A stretch of DNA of 64,000 bases from NCBI GenBank assembly GCA_004764695.1, contig SMSO01000035.1, positions 4,538,040-4,602,039 on the forward strand, read 5' to 3'. How positions within the stretch are numbered: the stretch's first letter is position 1; each line of letters opens with the position of its first letter. A program made the position numbers and the translations under genes. The notes under the pieces were generated by a model. The model did no database searches and was not told the DNA's origin. It saw only the letters and a program-made list of their open reading frames with translations. Below are positions 46,962-58,644 of this stretch, in pieces. The DNA comes from Schizochytrium sp. TIO01. Taxonomy: Eukaryota; Protista; Bigyra: Labyrinthulomycetes.

Positions 46962-49009
46962 GGTCCCCCCAAGCCACCGCGGCGGCTCGCACCGCGGAGG
47001 CTGCTACTGTGTACGGTAGCGTCAGCCTTTCAGCTGCGCTCTCCCGAAGGACGCACACAACTTATCCTTGGTTGTTGCCAAGGAAAGTATCTGCTGACAG
47101 CGTCACCTTGGAGGAGACTTAATGCTACTAGCAAGCCTAAACCACTGCGAAGGATCCGGTATTCTACACTAACGAAGGGGAATAATAGTTGTTGCTGCGC
47201 ACAGCTTTCATTTAAGCCGATGACGACACTAGAATGGAAGATGATACTAGGAACTGTTCCTTTCTACATAGCTAGAGTACTACTCCAGGCTTCACTATGG
47301 TCCTTTCCTTCAGTCGAGAAATAGAATCTTTGTCACTTGTAGAAAGAAAGGATGAGTTGTGTACTCTGCCATATATCAAGCACCTCATGTAGCGTAAGTG
47401 TAACAATTCTGGACAAAACTTAACTTTAGCTTCTTATTGCTTGTTGCATCTTAATCTGTCCGTTCATGACTCTCTGTGCTTTTAACAACCATTTCCAATC
47501 GAGGGGTGCACAAACGCATCAATGAATAATTATAAATTTAGTGTAATTATGCCTTCTCTTGACCAAACATTCAACCTTTCTTCCATTTACTACGTTCTAA
47601 TCTCCGCCACTGCGCACTTGCCGGCCGCATATTAGGATTGTCTGTATAAATAAGACGAAGGAGGGAAACAGTAGGTGCCAAAATGAAAATTGCATGTGGA
47701 CACACTGGTAGTGTCCCACCAAGACTCAACGGATCTGATTGAATAGAATAAAGCAAGTAGCGTGTGGGTATTAGCGTAGCGAGCAAGTGCAAGACATGTA
47801 CCACTGTGAGCCAGTCAGTTTCTTTGGTATGTATACCTCCAGGCTGAATTCGTTGGGGAATAGTATCTCTTTGAGAGAACACCGAGCTGTATTCATTGTT
47901 GCAGAAAGTTAGCGGCATTGCTGGAATGAGAGAGAGTGACCAGAACAGCCGACATGTAACTTTACCACGATGGGTTTTCTTCAAGCTATTGTGTAGACAA
48001 AACGATCTCTTTCGCCTTCCTTCCTTGGTCATTCGTTTGGTAGGTACTTATAGCAGTTTCATCAAAAATCATATAATTAAAAAAAGAAGATGGAGAAGGA
48101 AATGAGTGTTTCTTAAACAAAACAAAAAAACTTCCATAAGCGCAAGCAAGCCTACAACTTGGACATCACTTCAAATCAAACCTTCGCAAGCATTGCAGGC
48201 CTCCTGTTGCGAAGGAAAAGTGAAATATTTTAGCTAATGCCTGTGCAAAAAGTGCGTATTTACTATAAGGCTTATCAGGCGGTATTACCACTTGTCTTGA
48301 GCGTCCAAGCTAGACTTAAGCAGCCAAGGTAGCTTTTCATTTGTACTATAGATGGCACACAGTTTTAGTTTTCGGCAGCTTGGAGAAGAAACTGTTAAAG
48401 TTGTAACCTTGGTTCTTGAGACATCATTCTAGCGAGTGGGTTTACATATATAGCAAAAGAGCGGGCAAGAGATTGAAAGATAGAAACCAGGAACTTGCAT
48501 CTACTTAACGGCATCGCACTTCTTAGGGTATTATAAGAAATTACGGAACCAAGCCGGGAAGTTTTTATTTCTTCGAAGAATGTAAACGTGCACTTTTTTT
48601 TTTTTTTTGCAAGTCTTGAGTTATGAATAGCACCACCGGCCGTTGCGTGCAATGCAAAAGCCAAAACATTGAGTATTAAAATTTTAATCAACTGAAGGGC
48701 AAAGAATTCCAAGAAAGAAAAGAAATGAAATGCGCAGCATATACGACACTCCAAAATAAGGTTCTGGTCTAATCAAGGAACAATCCAAATTTGATTAAGA
48801 TAATATATGCTTCCCACACCTGAACCATGCATGGCCTCGGAAAAATAGAATATAGAATCCTCCAACCTCAGGAAAAACAATCAACTTGAATGTCTCACTA
48901 GTATCTATCTATTGAAATGATGAAGCTAAAGAATCGATTAGATTTTAAGAGGGTATGTACGTAGATCTTTTATGATTTTCTATAATGAAAAGAAAAAAAA
49001 GTTGATTGA

Positions 49010-50563
49010 TCAATCAGTCTCTGGCAAGACCTTGCCAGGGTTCATAATATGCATAGGATCGAACAGATTTTTGACCTGGCGCATGGCTTTAAGCGTCGGT
49101 TCAGAATTACTAATGTGCATTTTGCTGGCCTTGAGAATTCCGATACCGTGTTCCGCGCTGATGCTGCCACGATGGGCAGCGAGGTACTTATAAAGCTCAT
49201 CTTCCAGAGAATCCTTGATCTTTTGGTCAAAAGCAGGAGCCCACACGTTAAGGTGGACGTTGCCATCTCCAATATGGCCATATTGAACAACCTCAACCTC
49301 CTTAGACACAGTTGCAAGGCGCTCACGGACAGCAGTTGTGAGTTCGTTAAAGAGTGGGATGGGTACAGAGACGTCATACTTGAAGTTGTAGCCATCTTTG
49401 TGACGCAGAGCCACAGGGCAGTTTTCACGAATCTTCCAAAGCGCTTGGGCTTGAGACTCGTCCATAGCGAGTACACCTGCCTCATAACCGTCGAGAAAGT
49501 TCTCCATTTTGGCCATGTCATGTTCTGAGTTGCTACCGGCAGCTTCGACAAGCATGTAGAATGGGTAGCCTGCCTCTATCGGTCGTGGGCCTACGACATC
49601 TGGAAGCACCTCGAACACTAAGTCCATACTCTTAGAATCCCAAAATTCTGCAGCATTAATGACTTCCCCGAGGCAGCTGCGAGCCTTTTGCAGCGTCTCC
49701 AACACTTCTTCAAAGCTGTTGAGTGCCAGAAGCGCCACTTGGCTAGAAGCAGGTTTGGGAGGAGTGATGAGTGCTGCAGCCGTGATGACGCCCAGTGTGC
49801 CTTCGGACCCAACGAAGAGCTGTTTAAGGTCATACCCAGTGTTGTCCTTGCGAAGAGTATTCATCATGTCGAGTACTGTACCATCAGGTAGAACAACTTC
49901 AAGGCCCAATACGTTGGAACGAAGCGATCCGTAGCGAATCAGGTGAATTCCACCTGCATTTGTGGCAAGATTGCCTCCAATCATACAGCTTCCAGATGCG
50001 CCAAGATCCAGTGGCATGACAAATCCTGACTTGGACACGTGTGTCTCAAGATCGTCTAGGATACAGCCTGCCTGACAGCAAAGCACACCACTTACATCAT
50101 CAAAATTCAAGACTTTGTTCATGCGTGCAAGACTGAGCACAACCTCGTCTCCTCGAGAAGGTACGCTACCGCCCACCAAGCCGGTGTTGCCGCCCTGGGG
50201 CACCACTGCAATCTTGTTTTGCGAGCAGAACTTAAGGATCTGTGAAACCTGCTCAGTGGAGTCTGGTCGAAGTACAAATCGTGGGGTGCGATCTCCATCG
50301 AGTTCAGGGCCTCGAAATTGGCCGAGCCAATCAACACGATGCGAATCAACAGCATCTGGATCACGCTGGAGAGCCTCTTCAGGTAGAATCTTGGCGAACT
50401 CCGCCTCGAGTTCACTTGAGCTCATGCTGGCAAGACCACGTCGAGAACCGATGCCCAAACTCATCCCAGAGACAGTCTTCAGGCTCCTTCGAGGCCGGGC
50501 CAGAGCAACCATCGACTTCGAAGCTGCAGTGCTCATGCTCAGACCAATGCCGGAGAGCGCCAT
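49010..50563 (-). CDS. D2HGDH: D-2-hydroxyglutarate dehydrogenase, mitochondrial (FAD-linked oxidase)
   Basis: PQGGNTGLVGGSVP, DLGASGSCMIGGNLATNAGG, LRKDNTGYDLKQLFVGSEGTLG, GHIGDGNVH, GSISAEHGIG. Ser/Arg-rich targeting peptide. ATG at 50563 (aaaagATGg). Confidence 0.95.
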   Translation of the reverse strand: MALSGIGLSMSTAASKSMVALARPRRSLKTVSGMSLGIGSRRGLASMSSSELEAEFAKILPEEALQRDPDAVDSHRVDWLGQFRGPELDGDRTPRFVLRPDSTEQVSQILKFCSQNKIAVVPQGGNTGLVGGSVPSRGDEVVLSLARMNKVLNFDDVSGVLCCQAGCILDDLETHVSKSGFVMPLDLGASGSCMIGGNLATNAGGIHLIRYGSLRSNVLGLEVVLPDGTVLDMMNTLRKDNTGYDLKQLFVGSEGTLGVITAAALITPPKPASSQVALLALNSFEEVLETLQKARSCLGEVINAAEFWDSKSMDLVFEVLPDVVGPRPIEAGYPFYMLVEAAGSNSEHDMAKMENFLDGYEAGVLAMDESQAQALWKIRENCPVALRHKDGYNFKYDVSVPIPLFNELTTAVRERLATVSKEVEVVQYGHIGDGNVHLNVWAPAFDQKIKDSLEDELYKYLAAHRGSISAEHGIGILKASKMHISNSEPTLKAMRQVKNLFDPMHIMNPGKVLPETD

Positions 50564-52032
50564 CTTTTTCACCCGAACGAATCGCAGTCCGCCAACTCAC
50601 GGACGCAAACAAATGACGTGGGCAGAAAACTTTGGTCCTTAGTTGGGGCAAGTGTTGAGTTTGAAAAGGAGCCGAGGCTGCCTTTAAGGTCTGCTGGAGA
50701 TTAATCTTGTCTCCGCGTGAGTCTGAGGGCGCAATTGATCGAATGATATAAGGAATTAAAACACTGCTGACTTTCCCAAATCTATCTACATTCCTAAAGA
50801 AACAAATATATGAAATGAATCTGCCATAGGAGCTTTGGCGCCCGTACTTAACCATCTTAGGCAGGCGGCAGTTGAATTCGGTGGTCTCAGTTGTAAACAG
50901 CTCCAATATGTTTCTCGTGAGGTCGGATTGTGCGAACGTGAAAACAATTCTGGGAATAGTTTTCATTACTATCAAACATTGAGGGTATCTGAAACAACAT
51001 TGCCATGCCGCCCCTGAGGCCTTTTTTCTTCTTTTTTTACAATGGCAGCTCCGATAAAATACGAAGTAGTCTGATCGATTGATTTTCATGCTTGGAAAGA
51101 ACGCCACATCCACAATGATCGCCATCACTGGCAGTATTTTGTTGGAGTTCTTCAAATCGCTTTCAAAGCCTTTCTCGCTGTCTTTCATATATAAAAAGTA
51201 TCGAGGTCTCCCCTAAGTAATGCTACTATAGATGGTAGCCAACACGAAGAGACTTTGATAGAAAAAAATAGAGGAGACACCTATAAGGTGTCGTCCACTA
51301 GAAATGGCGCAGTTTTGGCACATACCCGGGAGCGACCTGGGTACAACATCATATTGTCGGGTTGAAATTCTTGTTAGATTGACTAATTTGGAGAAGCCTC
51401 GGGACGATTGAAAATAGAGACAAAAGTGTTATGTTAATATTCAGTGATCTTTTTGTGCATATAGCCGCCAAAGGAGAATTACCTGTGTGACTATTATACC
51501 TCTGTATCTTGGCTGAGAGGTCAGTGATAAGTGAAGATGGAACGATCAATAGGGTTTGCAAAGGTTCAAGCGATCGCATACCCTTTATTTTGTGAAAACT
51601 TGCGAGACATTGCGCAACTACAATTACTAAAATATATACCTTGAAGATTATCTTTCTAAGATCAGGTCTGGAATAGAACCACTCCTAGGTTTATAAAGAG
51701 AGGCTTGTTTACTATTAAAATTCACAGTACTTGATGGATAACAGAAAACGCATAAAACTAAGAGGGGAGTTTCTATTGAACCATGCTTTGTTCCTGAGGT
51801 AAATGAGCTTTCATTTTAATTGACCATGTATTCAATCATCTATCTTTTAGTTCTTGTCAATGCCACTTGTGCAACTGTTTATCACTATCACGATACCTAT
51901 GATTATTTTAAATTCAATATTCAATTCTTCCCAATCCTCTTAGTACCGATAGTTATAAGTTTTGATCGCCTAAAAAGGCAAGACAGTAGGTTGCAAGTAT
52001 ATATTTCTCATGCGAGCTTCAGCTCACTGGCT

Positions 52033-52655
52033 TTAGTCTGGAGCAGTAACACTTCTTGCCATTTGAGAGAGAAACTTGACACAAGCTATTGATTTTGGTG
52101 CATAACCCTTTCTGTGTCCAATTAGTTTCACATTCTGAGACTTTCTATAGGATTCTGTGCTGGCTGCATCTGCAGCTTCGTCGTGCTGGTTGAAATCAGA
52201 GAATATTTCAGGATCGATAGGGTAGTGTTTGCTAATCCTCCCGTTACAGTCCTTATGGTCCTCGTGTGTCAGGTTTACCATTCCCCAATCTATCAGAGCT
52301 TTTGTATTAACCCTGTCACACGCTTTTTTTTATTTTTTTGCACGCAGTCAGAATGCCGAACAATCTATTCATTGTCATCAGCTGTCATGAAGAATATTGA
52401 AGCGCGCTGGAGAGCAATAAGACTTTGCGGTGCTCCTTTGTTTGAATATGTTGACATTTTAATGGGGATAAGAATACCTCGATATTACTGTGGGTGGCAA
52501 GCAATGCGACCACCTTTTCAAGATAAAACTATTTTCTTCATTTTGCCCAAAGAAAGCTTCCCAACTTGCCGAATTCATACTTGCTTAAACATTTGCAACC
52601 GGTGCCAGCAATTTCATCAAGCGTTTGTAGCTTGCAACAGCAAACGTAACACATT
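52033..52655 (-). pseudogene. Possible decayed coding remnant, unidentified
   Basis: Stop-interrupted protein-like frame (MCYVCCCKLQTLDEIAGTGCKCLSKYEFGKLGSFLWAK*RK*FYLEKVVALLATHSNIEVFL...) running into the 82-aa ORF 52033..52281. Confidence 0.2.
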
Positions 52656-52828
52656 TATCGCATAGTGTCATTCGCTGATTCTAAATATAGAAATTGTTAG
52701 GGCGCAGCTGCTACTCCTAGTGCTGATGTATCTATGAATAGTAAGCTCATGCAGAAACATCACAACGAAAGAAGAAGATTACCTACTATGTCAGTGGTAA
52801 GCAGTTTGCAGATCCATATTCCCCAATC

Positions 52829-53185
52829 ATGTTTGCGCCGTTTCGCAACTTGAGCAACAAAGGCACGGCCGTGGCTGTGGTCGCCTGCGTGGTGCTGAGT
52901 GGTACGTTTGAGGCGTTGATTTCCTTTCTTTGAGGGCTTGCATCTTGAAGAGTTGAACACATGTGCTGACCTCACCGTTCTTTGTTGTCGTCTTGGCGAT
53001 CACCAACTTTCCTGACCGCGTTGACGCTATCAATTGAATTGATATCAGGCGTGCTTTATAAGCTTGAGGAGCACGAGAAAGCGCACCCGGAACAGTTCCG
53101 AAAGAAAGAAGACCTTCCTTGGCGCAAAGAAAAAGCCAAGGACAAGGAGAACGACAAGGACAAGGAAAACGAAGAGGAACAATAA
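52829..53185 (+). CDS. Spliced 69-aa single-TM microprotein (exon 1 52829-52901, exon 2 53049-53185)
   Basis: Phase-1 GTACGT...ATCAG intron (52902-53048, 147 nt, with CTGAC branch-like motifs) joins the exons exactly in frame: MFAPFRNLSNKGTAVAVVACVVLSGVLYKLEEHEKAHPEQFRKKEDLPWRKEKAKDKENDKDKENEEEQ*. Confidence 0.72.
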
Positions 53186-53257
53186 GCCTATCCAAAGAAG
53201 ACTCGGATGGGCCAGACGCGGGAGTGGGATTGGGACTTATTTGTGGGGAATGTGAAG

Positions 53258-54070
53258 ATGGCAGCGACAGGGGTCTCGCTGATGTTTGTTTTAGCTCTTG
53301 TAGCAGCGGTGCTGCTATCCATTGTCTTTGCAGTTGCACTCTTACAGGTTCGAAAAATTCGTAGCGTGCGAAGAGAGGAACATCTTGTCCTTGTCACAGC
53401 ACACCCGGATGACGAAAGCATGTTCTTTGTGCCGACAATCCGTGCGTTTCGACCAGACCGTGTAACTATATTATGTCTCTCGACGGGCAATTTTGATGGA
53501 ATTGGTTTGCGACGCAAGCATGAGCTTCTATATTGCTGTACCAAATTTTTTGGCCTAAAGGAGGAGAGTGTACGCATCGAGGACCACCCTGAGATGCAAG
53601 ATGATCCACGTAGGGTTTGGGCACCTAGTGTTGTAGCCGATTTCATTGAGGAAAAGCTGAAGGAACTTGCAATTTTACCAGCCAAAACTGATACAATGGT
53701 TGTATCGTTTGATGAAGAAGGCGTCTCAGGTCACCTTAATCATGTTGCAGTGTCTCTAGGTATTGCCAAGCTCGCGGCTCGTCGTCAGACTGATCCACAC
53801 CTCTCTTTCTACAGCCTTGAATCTCTCCAATTGCCTGCTAAATATCTTGGTCCAGCTACTGCGTGGGAATGGTATTCGAAGAATCCACAGGCTGCTCTGC
53901 AATTCTACAATGGGGACATGAACCTAAGTTATGCTGCTATGTCAGCACATGCGTCACAGTTTGTGTGGTACCGTCGACTGTTTGTTATTTTTTCGTGCTA
54001 CACATTTTGCAATCGCCTGCGTCCCCTTTTCCCTAACCGCTGTCTCGTTGGCGCAAAGAAGGTCGATTAG
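53258..54070 (+). CDS. PIGL: N-acetylglucosaminyl-phosphatidylinositol de-N-acetylase (GPI biosynthesis)
   Basis: N-terminal TM, VTAHPDDESMFF, LCLSTGN, GVSGHLNH, AHASQFVWYRRL. Preferred start is ATG 53258 (gaagATGg); an in-frame ATG also exists at 53207. Confidence 0.93.
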   Translation: MAATGVSLMFVLALVAAVLLSIVFAVALLQVRKIRSVRREEHLVLVTAHPDDESMFFVPTIRAFRPDRVTILCLSTGNFDGIGLRRKHELLYCCTKFFGLKEESVRIEDHPEMQDDPRRVWAPSVVADFIEEKLKELAILPAKTDTMVVSFDEEGVSGHLNHVAVSLGIAKLAARRQTDPHLSFYSLESLQLPAKYLGPATAWEWYSKNPQAALQFYNGDMNLSYAAMSAHASQFVWYRRLFVIFSCYTFCNRLRPLFPNRCLVGAKKVD

Positions 54071-56019
54071 AAGGATTTTAATTCTTCTGTATGGTCGACT
54101 CATTTTTCAAGTTACCTCTCTGTTTCTTTCTCTATTACCTACTATAAACTTCCTCCCCCCCCTCCCCCTTCTATCTTTTATGAACTCTTGCTATCTTTCC
54201 AACAAGTAGTATTCAACGCCAATACCTTTTCAATTATTCATTGATAGGCAGCACTTTCTTTTCTTGATGTACAGCAAACAGACCATGGTTTCAGTATTAA
54301 TTGCTAACGCTCTCCATGTCTGTTTCTTATCATTATATCAGTGGTTGATGAGATGCTTTGACTGCTTGAGTCGCAGATAGTAAATTTACCCTTATTACTG
54401 ATGCCAAAGTCGAGGTCAATCTGCATAGGTTGACTAGAGGCTCATTTGTGGTCCGTAACTTGTCAAATGATCCTCTTGTACCCAAAGTAGTGCGATTAAA
54501 CCTATAACTAGCTAGCAGTGGTATATTTGGCAGATAATCTCCGAGCAGTTTCTGCTGTTTCTACATTCTCGGCACTCCGCTCGTTTCTGTGACGAGGTTC
54601 AAGAACGTTGCAAATAGTCTTAGCCTTGTTAGTATTTACAACTATAGAGCTCTCTTCTATTTGTTCATCGTTTATTCTCTCCACAAATACACCATTGCCT
54701 ATAATTCTCATCTTGGCATGCACAGCAAGCAAGGCAATCTGAACATTGACCCAGCGCGTGGCATAAAGGAAATCATTTCCAAATAGATATACGACTCGAG
54801 CCCATCACTGACAGTCGTGAATCATGGCTTATGACGCATTCATTTTTGTGCATCTGTTCCCTCCATAGAGATCGATTCACTAGCAGGTTTCTGATAAGCT
54901 TTATTTATGAGCGTTTAATTCATTCCTTTCAAGGCTTTACATACTCTTGCTATTCATTCGATTCATGAAAATCGGAATCCAAGACTTCTCCTTCATCTCA
55001 AGAACAGAAGGCTTGGAATCTTGAGGTGATGGTGCTTGTTCTCCGATTGATCCTACAAGCTTTAATCATGGCTTGAATCATCGCCCGCTTGATCTTTCGT
55101 TCTGGCCACGCAGCCTCTTGCATCCATCTCAACTCTTCGCTTGTTCTAGCGATCTAGATACCGAATAGTTTTTCATTTTGATCAAGATGAAAAGGGTTAA
55201 GAATCATCGCTTTTCTGAGAACGGTGCTCGGTGTGCCTACATACCAGACAAGACGTATTCAGGTCGGGACCCATGAGTTGCTAGCATATGGAGGAAGCTG
55301 GTTAGAGCGTCTGGGTTGTGTGGCTGGGCCGAGGCAGCAACGCGATAGGAAGCTACAGCGATTGTTCTTGAGATGAAGTCAAGTTGGCTTGAGCTTGAAG
55401 ACGTGTTGTGCAGAAGGCTCCTCCTTCCTGGACAATCTCTGCAGCAGGTCTGGGAACGCTGACAGTGAGCGTCGCGAGCGTAGTTAATTCTAATTCTCAT
55501 CTTATATATTTATTTATTCGCTTGTTTGTTTGTTTGTTTGTTTGTTTGTTTCTGTTGCCGCAGGTAGTTGTATTTCCTATTTATTTGATAGTTTGCCATT
55601 CTGATGTGTATTTTTCTTTATAGAATAAGTTTCAAGTTTACTGTATCATTCTCAAACCAAACAGCACTTGGCAGCACTTTAGAAGCCTCGTCTCCAAGTG
55701 CTACTTTGCAAGTGAAGAATGGAGAGCTTACAGTGGAGTATAAAGTGCAATTACAGTAGAGTATATTCCAGGCTGAGCGATGGCAAAGAGGTCTTTCTGC
55801 GAATGTAGTGTTGCTGTATGCAGACACTAGTAGTGCTGCCTCTAATTGTGTGATTATTGAGATTACATGAGTGAATGAATGAGTGATCCAAGCAGATTGA
55901 GAGTTTGACGCAGCAGAGCCCAATTGGCCCAGAAGCGTCTGCGCCTAGCGCTGTGTTGTGTGTGGCTGCACTCGTGTATAGGTTGTAGTTGTGGTGTATA
56001 CTCACTTTCGTGCCTGACG

Positions 56020-57864
56020 ATGTCTTCCCCTTCATCTGACAACAAGGTCGTGCATTTGCTCGACTACGGTGCGGGCAATGTCCGCAGCGTTGAGAATGCC
56101 ATCGCTGCTTGCGGCTATGAGGTGAAGACCATCGTGCGCCCCGAGGAGATCCTCGAGGCTGGACGCCTTGTCTTCCCTGGTGTTGGCAGCTTTGGTAACG
56201 CCATGCGCCGTCTCCAAGAGAAGGGCTTTGAAGAGCCCCTCAAGGCCTACCTCGCCGCTGACCGGCCTTTCTTCGGTATCTGCCTCGGTATGCAGACCCT
56301 GTTTGAGGGTTCCGAGGAGGAGCCTGGCTTGCCTGGTCTTGGTGTAATCCCGGGTTTGGTTCGCAACTTTGAGAACGTGGAGGGATTCAAGGCTGAAGGC
56401 AATGAGGGCCTCACCGTGCCCCACATTGGCTGGAACGGCGTGCGATGCCTCAAGCCGTCGCGTTTGTTCGCCAACGTGCCAGGTGGCATGGATGACAAGC
56501 GCGTGTACTTTGTGCACAGCTTTGCCGCAGTCCAGACTGAGGAGAACAAGGACTGGATTCTCTGCACTACGCGTTACGGTGTCGACTTTGTTGCCGCCGT
56601 TCAGAAGGGCAACGTCATGGCCACACAGTTTCACCCTGAGAAGTCTGGCGGACTCGGACTCGAGATCCTCAAGGGTTTCCTCAGTCAAGATACCGATCCA
56701 GAGACCCCCGCTACCAGCGCCGATGCCCCCTGCCTTGGTCTCAGCCGTCGCATTATCGCCTGTCTCGATGTGCGCAAGAACGATGCTGGAGACCTTGTTG
56801 TCACCAAGGGCGACGGCTACGACGTTCGCGAGAAGAAGTCCGACGCTGAGACCACCGAGGAGGGTGAGCAAACAGCAGAGGACGGCGAACCTCCCTCGAA
56901 GAAGGGTAAGGTTCGCAACTTTGGCAAGCCCGCAGAATTGGCCAAGAGGTATTACGAGGACGGAGCTGATGAGGTCACTTTTCTGAACATTACCCAGTTC
57001 AGAGAGGACACCTTGGAGGCAGAGACCATGCACGAGATGCTTCGTGCTGTTTCGCAAAACGTCTTCGTGCCGCTTACCATTGGTGGTGGCATTCGCGACT
57101 ATGGAGACCGCACTGCACTCGAGGTTGCTGCTAAGTACTTCCGCTCTGGTGCCGATAAGGTTTCACTCGGAAGTTATGCCGTGGAGGCCGTCATCGGTCT
57201 TCGCGACGAGCTCAAGGGACAGCCTGATGGATCCACCGCGATTGAGAAGATCTCCAAGGTCTACGGCAACCAGGCAGTCGTTATCTCTGTAGACCCGCGC
57301 CGCATCTACCTCGAGTCTGACGAGGAGGTCGCTGACGCCGAGGCTAAGGGATACAAGGTCTTCGAGGTTGTCGATGATCGCTCAGAGGCAGACAAGCAGG
57401 CTTACCGTCGCTGGCTCAAGACTTCCATCGGAGAGGAGCCCGCTGCAGAGGACAACGACGAGAGCGCTTCCAAGGAGGCTGGCGAGCCGGTCAAATCCAA
57501 GTGCTGGTTCCAGTGCACCGTGGCTGGAGGACGCAAGCGGCGGCCGCTCGATGCCGTGCAGCTTGTGCAGGGCGTGGAGAAGCTCGGTGCCGGTGAGATT
57601 CTCCTCAACTCAATTGACAAGGATGGCAAGAACTCCGGATTCGATATCGCTCTTGTGGATGCCGTGAGGTCTTCCGTGGGAATCCCTGTTATCGCATCTA
57701 GCGGCGCTGGAGCTCCGGAGCACTTCGTGGAGGTCTTCAGCAAGACTAAGGCAGAGGCTGCACTTGCTGCTGGTATCTTCCACCGCGAAGAGGTCGAGAT
57801 TGAGGCCGTGAGGTCCGCCGTCGACAAGGCTGGCATCCCTGTTCGCCACACCATCGCCAAGTAA
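56020..57864 (+). CDS. HIS7: Imidazole glycerol phosphate synthase, fused HisH-HisF
   Basis: Glutaminase motifs DYGAGN, PGVG, GICLG and QFHPEKS. Cyclase motifs RIIACLDV, GGGIR, GADKV, EILLNSIDKDG and ALAAGIFHR. ATG at 56020. Confidence 0.97.
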   Translation: MSSPSSDNKVVHLLDYGAGNVRSVENAIAACGYEVKTIVRPEEILEAGRLVFPGVGSFGNAMRRLQEKGFEEPLKAYLAADRPFFGICLGMQTLFEGSEEEPGLPGLGVIPGLVRNFENVEGFKAEGNEGLTVPHIGWNGVRCLKPSRLFANVPGGMDDKRVYFVHSFAAVQTEENKDWILCTTRYGVDFVAAVQKGNVMATQFHPEKSGGLGLEILKGFLSQDTDPETPATSADAPCLGLSRRIIACLDVRKNDAGDLVVTKGDGYDVREKKSDAETTEEGEQTAEDGEPPSKKGKVRNFGKPAELAKRYYEDGADEVTFLNITQFREDTLEAETMHEMLRAVSQNVFVPLTIGGGIRDYGDRTALEVAAKYFRSGADKVSLGSYAVEAVIGLRDELKGQPDGSTAIEKISKVYGNQAVVISVDPRRIYLESDEEVADAEAKGYKVFEVVDDRSEADKQAYRRWLKTSIGEEPAAEDNDESASKEAGEPVKSKCWFQCTVAGGRKRRPLDAVQLVQGVEKLGAGEILLNSIDKDGKNSGFDIALVDAVRSSVGIPVIASSGAGAPEHFVEVFSKTKAEAALAAGIFHREEVEIEAVRSAVDKAGIPVRHTIAK

Positions 57865-58420
57865 AATTTGATTCCAATGCACCTTGCCAATCACTACCAC
57901 TACTCTTTCCCTTTCTCCAGTTCATCCTTGTAGTCTGCTCGCTTTAAGCAACATCAACTCAGTTCGACCTGCGTATGGTTGCGCTGCTGCTCAGCTCGCA
58001 CCCCTATAATATTTGTGTCACAATTTCTGAATCTTTCATGTCTATTCCTACTACATCAGAATGGAGAGCAAACATCCATGCATTCATCCATCTATCCCTC
58101 CTGGGCTTCTTTTACATGTCTGACATGACATCTTTCCATGTATATAAATACCTTCATGAAATGGGGTGTGGGGTCTACTATCCCTTTCTGTTCCTTCCTC
58201 TCTTTTTCTGCACTAATTTCTTATTTCGTTCTTCGCTCGTGGGTTATGAGGTGTCTTTGAAGGTTTCTTTCTTTGCTTGCACTTGGAGTTACTGAGTAAC
58301 GTTGACTGAAAGTTCACCTGATAGCAAGCCTCCTTGTATTGACCGCCCCCCATCTACTTGCCCGCAAAAGATAACACATGGATTTACTTCTCCTTGACAT
58401 CTGGTAGAAGAACAGTTCAA

Positions 58421-58644
58421 GAAAACTCAAACATTAATTAGTTCAACTAGCAATAGCAAAGTATGAACGCGACCTGGCGATTGCACTATTTCGCTTGGCA
58501 TCTTTTCTACTTGCTGATTGACAACATTAGAGAAAATTCAAACATAAATTAGTTCAATTAGCAATCGCAAAAAGTATGAACGCGACCTGGCGATTGCACT
58601 ATTTCTCTTGGTATCTTTTCTACTTGCTGATTGACAACATTAGA
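58421..58644. repeat. Tandem duplication of a ~112-bp unit (58421-58531, 58532-58644)
   Basis: Both units contain AAAGTATGAACGCGACCTGGCGATTGCACTATTTC...TCTTTTCTACTTGCTGATTGACAACATTAGA with a few substitutions and small indels. Confidence 0.92.

Noticed and set aside
55868-55888. TGAGTGA motifs upstream of HIS7 as Gcn4/ATF4-type sites
   Set aside because: They mismatch TGA(C/G)TCA and are embedded in a (TGAA)n-like microsatellite common in this window.
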